From: Pseudomonadota bacterium
GTDB lineage: Bacteria > Pseudomonadota > Alphaproteobacteria > Rhodobacterales > Rhodobacteraceae
NCBI GenBank assembly: GCA_038747015.1
Contig: JBCDKE010000007.1
Span: forward strand, 63 to 64,062
Direction of reading: 5' to 3'
Length of the DNA: 64,000 nucleotides
Part shown: positions 59,807 through 64,000 of the stretch, in pieces
Layout: each line of letters opens with the position of its first letter
Numbering within the stretch: the first letter of the stretch is position 1
Program-made: the position numbers and the translations under genes
Notes under the pieces: generated by a model
The model's input: only the letters and a program-made list of their open reading frames with translations
Databases searched by the model: none
What the model was told of the DNA's origin: nothing

Positions 59807-59826
59807 CAAGTCAGGATACAGTGGAA

Positions 59827-60537
59827 ATGGTAAGCAAATTTGTGAGCAAATGCAGGACCGCCGCGCTGGCGCTCGGCGTGGCTTGTGTGTTCGGGTCAGC
59901 GGCATCGGCGGCCCCGATCACCTATGACTACAATTACACCATTTCTGGCGGTACGGATGCTGGCACTTTTCACTATGATTACGATGCTAATTCATACGGC
60001 GTGGGTGAAATTTCAGTCACAGGCTCTATCACCACCGACGGGACTCTGGGTGCGATTACTCAAAGCAAAATAACCGCTTGGGAATTCACCTTGACGGGTG
60101 AAACCTACACGCAGTCCATTTCGTCCCAAATGCTGTTCGGTACTGAAACCTACGCTCAAGGTAGTTTCTATGCCACAGCTAACACGCTGACCAGTACCGG
60201 TGCATACAACTTTTACGAGCGTTTTTACGGCTATAATTCTGACGGCTCAGAATACAATTCTTTGATCGGCCAAGTCTTTGGTAACACCAGTTATTATGGG
60301 GACTACGCCATAGCTTACCGCTTAGCCTATGATTGCACGAACTCTAGCAATTGCACTTATTTAAGCGTCTACGGCGAACAGGCGGGGGAGGCTGATCAAT
60401 CAGTCTACAACCACGCTGTGGACTTCAAAGGCGTCGTTAGCAATGGTGCTGCCGTTGTTCCGCTGCCTGCGGGTCTCCCACTTGTCCTGACGGGATTTGG
60501 AGCGCTGGTTCTGCTGCGGCGTCGTAAGACAACCTAG
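59827..60537 (+). CDS. VPLPA-CTERM (PEP-CTERM-like) sorted surface protein
   Basis: Signal peptide ...AASA|AP; Tyr/Thr/Gly/Ser-rich body; C-terminal VPLPAGLPLVLTGFGALVLLRRRK. Confidence 0.88.
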   Translation: MVSKFVSKCRTAALALGVACVFGSAASAAPITYDYNYTISGGTDAGTFHYDYDANSYGVGEISVTGSITTDGTLGAITQSKITAWEFTLTGETYTQSISSQMLFGTETYAQGSFYATANTLTSTGAYNFYERFYGYNSDGSEYNSLIGQVFGNTSYYGDYAIAYRLAYDCTNSSNCTYLSVYGEQAGEADQSVYNHAVDFKGVVSNGAAVVPLPAGLPLVLTGFGALVLLRRRKTT

Positions 60538-60838
60538 GTATACTCTAGCGCTAAACGCGCCCGATAGCCGCCATCCAATCTCATGCGTCCGGTGCGTTCG
60601 GCTCGAATCTGCCAATTCGTGCAGGTTCCATGAACAACCGCTTTAGGGCTCAGAGCCGAGGTTCGCCGCTCCGCAACCACGACCAAAGCACGGCGCGCAT
60701 CGCGCACTCTCTCCTCAAATCCTCACTGCGCTCGGTAGATTGGGACATGAGCCGTGCACCCAAACGATGCCAGCCAGCGTAGTAACTTGAACACAAACAG
60801 CTCAATCAGCAACCCTCACCCCGCGCGCAGAGCGTCAG

Positions 60839-61900
60839 CTACTTGCGTTTCTGCGAGAGCACATTTCGCACGCTTTCCAATCTGGGCAAACTCAAGAGGC
60901 GGGATCTTTCGGTAGCGCGATCTCGCTCGGCTACTGCCTTGTCGAGCTCAACATTGAGTCTATTGATTTCACCTCCCAAAAGCGCGCCAACAAGATCCAA
61001 TTGCTTTTTTAGGAAAGTGAAATCGCTTTGCGGTTTACTTTCCGGTTTCACCTCTTCGTTGAGCTTCTGATCCTCCGGAAGAAATGAGTTTATCGTATCG
61101 ATATGCGGTCTTAAATTTTCCAACAGCGCTCTCTGCGCAGCCTTTGACGGATATCTTAGCTCCCCCTGAATGTCGGTCAGTTTACTGCACAATTCGATGC
61201 CCAAAAAGGCAGCTTGTGCACCACAGGCCCGGTTGATCGATAGGAGGAGCTCCTGTTCGCCGGCCGTCAGCGACCGGTTCACGGTACCCAGCTGACTACG
61301 TGACCGATCTTCGGTGAGCTTGACGTCCAACCATTCTGAAAAATCTTCTAATATCTGTTTTTTACGCGCGCTATAGTTAATGACCGTAATGTCCGCCTTT
61401 GCCGCTGATCGCAGTGTTTCAAGGCACTGGGCCAGACAAGGAATGTTTTCCGCTTGACGAAACCACTCCTCCAGCGAGGTCGCAAAGCCGTGCTGTGTGA
61501 CATTCTCCGCCCAAACCGAAGACGCTTGATCAATCGGGTCCCGCGCAAAGAAAATGAATTTCATCTCTTCGAAACTGGATGACTCAAAGAATTCAAATAA
61601 AACACCCGTCAGATCGTTATTGACCAGATTCGTGAAAATAGCTTCGCCTGACAATAAAACCGATCTGTCGGATTTAACTAATCTCGAAAGGTACTTTTGA
61701 AACTTATCCGGTCGGCTGAATGGCTTTGCACCGTTACCGGTTGTAACGTCAAAATACCCTGTAGATTCTCTTTTGCTGATCTTCGGATAATATACGCCGT
61801 TCTCAAAAAGATTATCCCGATTATGGCGCAACGTGGATTGCAGATATGTGGATCCGGTTTTGAAAATGCCGGCGTGTATATACAGGGTCTTCTTGCGCAT
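60839..61900 (-). CDS. Sulfotransferase-like P-loop protein
   Basis: IHAGIFKTGSTYLQ (5'-PSB-like), LLSGE, ARDP..QASS (3'-PB-like), VNRSL; markedly AT-richer than flanks. Confidence 0.7.
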   Translation of the reverse strand: MRKKTLYIHAGIFKTGSTYLQSTLRHNRDNLFENGVYYPKISKRESTGYFDVTTGNGAKPFSRPDKFQKYLSRLVKSDRSVLLSGEAIFTNLVNNDLTGVLFEFFESSSFEEMKFIFFARDPIDQASSVWAENVTQHGFATSLEEWFRQAENIPCLAQCLETLRSAAKADITVINYSARKKQILEDFSEWLDVKLTEDRSRSQLGTVNRSLTAGEQELLLSINRACGAQAAFLGIELCSKLTDIQGELRYPSKAAQRALLENLRPHIDTINSFLPEDQKLNEEVKPESKPQSDFTFLKKQLDLVGALLGGEINRLNVELDKAVAERDRATERSRLLSLPRLESVRNVLSQKRK

Positions 61901-62211
61901 TACTTTTCGCTATCAGCGGCCTTGTTGGGTCGTGCGACGGTGAGCAAAAAAGACCAATAGATCAAGGTGAAGTTCGGGAGGCTCAACGCCACGCGCACCG
62001 GACTCCTGGCCAGAACCTATGGTCTTCGCGTCTCTTCGCCCCTTCAATGATTGAAGACGCGCCCACCGGTTGTATTCGGGCGGGTCGGGAAATTGTACGG
62101 GTCACCATGAGCTCTGTTGTCACCCGGTCCTGGGCTCCACACTTGCCAGCCACACTCTTTTGCCCGATCACTTCGGTGGCATGAACAGGGGCAACCAAGA
62201 GGCCTGAAACG

Positions 62212-62697
62212 ATGAGCGCACAGAACAGTTCCGTCAAAGGACGTTTGCGTTGGACGGTGGCAATCGCCATGGCCGTGGCCAGCGCGCTCTTCTTCCTCGA
62301 GGTCCTTCGCGAAGACATCGCCACGGTGGACAGCGAACTGTCGCAGCTCCCCTGGGCGCTGATCATCCGCTACGCCGTTTCCATGGCCGCGGGCGGGGCC
62401 ATCGTCGGGGCGCTGCTATCGGGCTGGTTCGGTCGTGGTGGGATTGGCGGCTGGCTGCTGGCGATTTTGGGCGGCCTTATCGCAGCGGCCTTCGCCGGCG
62501 TCGTCGGCAGCTTCGTGGGCTTTCTCCCCGACATCATCGCGGGTGGGTTCGACATCGGATCAGCCATCGCGATCTTCGCCGGGCTGATCATCCTGCCACT
62601 CGCCTTCCTCGGCTGGCCCCTTCTGATCCCGATCTGGGCCGCCATCGTCTGCGCCGCTCATATCTGGGCCAAGCGGATCCGGGCATCTGCGAGTTAG
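62212..62697 (+). CDS. Hypothetical membrane protein
   Basis: 4-5 Gly-rich TM segments, high-GC codon usage. Confidence 0.75.
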   Translation: MSAQNSSVKGRLRWTVAIAMAVASALFFLEVLREDIATVDSELSQLPWALIIRYAVSMAAGGAIVGALLSGWFGRGGIGGWLLAILGGLIAAAFAGVVGSFVGFLPDIIAGGFDIGSAIAIFAGLIILPLAFLGWPLLIPIWAAIVCAAHIWAKRIRASAS

Positions 62698-62857
62698 CCG
62701 AAAGGCCCAAACTTCTAAACGAAAAATGAACGCCCCAGTGCCTGAGGCGCTCATTCCTTAACGGTCAAATCCGGATTCGGAGCCATACGTTTTCTGTACA
62801 GGTTCTGTACGGGTTCTGGCTCCCCGATTCTGAGCGGCGGGCCAGAAGTTAACGCGC

Positions 62858-63835
62858 TCAGAGCGGCATCGTCGGGCCAGCTTCGTCATCCGTATTACGG
62901 ACGCGGTAGAGGCTTGCTTCGCCTGTCATCGACGGGCTCAGCGACCGGGTAATGCCCGGGGGGACGGCCATGGTATCGCCCGGGTTCAGAACGGTCTCGC
63001 CGCCTTCCCAGGTCAGACGCCAATGACCGCGCATGGGCATCAGGATCTCGTGCTTGTCGGTGCTATAATTCTCCGCGGAAATCGAGTTCCGGGACAGGAA
63101 TTCCACCTCGAAACCTGGCTTGTCGCGCAGGATCGAATCCTCGCCGATAACCTTGGCAGGCTGCTTGTCCGCCAGCGCCATCAGGTCCCAGTAGCGGGCC
63201 ACGTAGTTCGGCACCACGTCCAGCGTCGAGGGTTCCGGCATGCGGGCCAGAATTTCTCCTGAAAGCAACGGCATAGGCTTGATGCCTTCCGGCAGGTTCT
63301 GGCCCTTTTTGGTGTCATAGAGCGATCCGTTCTCGCCCAGAACCAGCCCGTGATCAGCCGCGTCGGTGATCACCTGCGGCGCCCAGAGGACACCGCCACC
63401 CGCGTCGTCACCACCTAGGATCGCCATGATCATCCCGTAGTCGGTGCCAATGTTCTCAAAGCCCCGGAAAATGCCCGTGGGGATGTTAAAGATATCGCCT
63501 TCTTCCAGCACCACTTCACCGGCATCGCCCCAACGGCCCCAGAAGAAACGCCAGCGGCCCTTGAGGACGAAAAAGACCTCGGCCGTGCGGTGGGAATGCA
63601 ATGAATTCCTGCACTTAGGCGGCTGCCCCGCAGCGCCGATGTTAAATCCTGGCGTGTCGCGAATATGCACGTGCTGGTCCGGGCTCTCCGAGACCCCGCC
63701 CCCAATAATCGTGAAGTTTTCCTTCTGATCCGACCCCGGCGTATGGGCGTCGATGAAGGCGGTTTTACAAGGTTTCAAATCGCCGTACCGGACAATCCGG
63801 GCTTCCATATCGGCTACAGTCATGTCGAGACTCAT
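62858..63835 (-). CDS. Bicupin protein
   Basis: HSHRTAEVFFVLKGRW...GDIFNIP; second cupin EILMPMRG...NPGDTMAVPPG; AAAGGA RBS. Confidence 0.82.
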   Translation of the reverse strand: MSLDMTVADMEARIVRYGDLKPCKTAFIDAHTPGSDQKENFTIIGGGVSESPDQHVHIRDTPGFNIGAAGQPPKCRNSLHSHRTAEVFFVLKGRWRFFWGRWGDAGEVVLEEGDIFNIPTGIFRGFENIGTDYGMIMAILGGDDAGGGVLWAPQVITDAADHGLVLGENGSLYDTKKGQNLPEGIKPMPLLSGEILARMPEPSTLDVVPNYVARYWDLMALADKQPAKVIGEDSILRDKPGFEVEFLSRNSISAENYSTDKHEILMPMRGHWRLTWEGGETVLNPGDTMAVPPGITRSLSPSMTGEASLYRVRNTDDEAGPTMPL

Positions 63836-64000
63836 CGGTGAATTCCTTTCGCGATGACGAGAGGATGCGCCTCTTTGCACACGAATGCAAGAATTCTTGA
63901 CAGCTCCACTCGGAAGCCTGCTTTTTATGGCTATTTCGCGGTTCCGTGCGTTTCCAGGATGACATTTGCGCCAGACGCATGTTCTGATGCGTGCGGAACG

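Noticed and set aside
59587-59826. N-terminal 80 aa of the 316-aa ORF
   Set aside because: It overlaps the lipoprotein gene out of frame; the signal peptide indicates a start at 59827.
62791-62816. GTTC-N7-GTTC match (LexA-like) within an 11-bp tandem TTCTGTAC(A/G)GG
   Set aside because: It lies between two convergent 3' ends with no promoter to control; better explained as a short tandem repeat.

Overview
GC-rich alphaproteobacterial chromosome segment whose gene content and order look like Rhodobacteraceae/Roseobacter group (inference). It is mostly housekeeping and core-accessory genes: mlaC-mlaA, a PrtD/PrtE-type T1SS pair, map, sfsA, ilvD, accD-folC, dgoD, zapE, fghA/frmA, imuB, an M17 peptidase, sbtA-sbtB and asd. 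Several single-gene insertions are present, and an accessory stretch runs from about 56.5 to 62.7 kb. No rRNA, tRNA, CRISPR array, integrase or transposase was seen. The most notable signals are: (1) a PpsR-type TGT-N12-ACA box directly upstream of an orphan BphO-like heme oxygenase; (2) a LuxR-HTH/alpha-beta-hydrolase regulator followed by a 7-2-7 inverted heptamer, flanked by a Gly-rich beta-strand orphan, a lipoprotein and a VPLPA-CTERM protein; (3) an unannotated 54-aa secreted peptide behind three TGAAC-N6-GTTYA operators and upstream of a TetR gene; (4) a non-palindromic 24-bp intergenic repeat, AAGTATTT-N3-AAACAAAGAAGGG, in four copies; (5) three GcrA-type TGATTCG motifs before a LysM gene; (6) a lone LexA-boxed imuB with a triplicated 3' end; (7) a YodB-type operator between an HxlR regulator and an AIFM2/FSP1-like oxidoreductase. 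All product calls come from motif recognition by eye, not from database searches.
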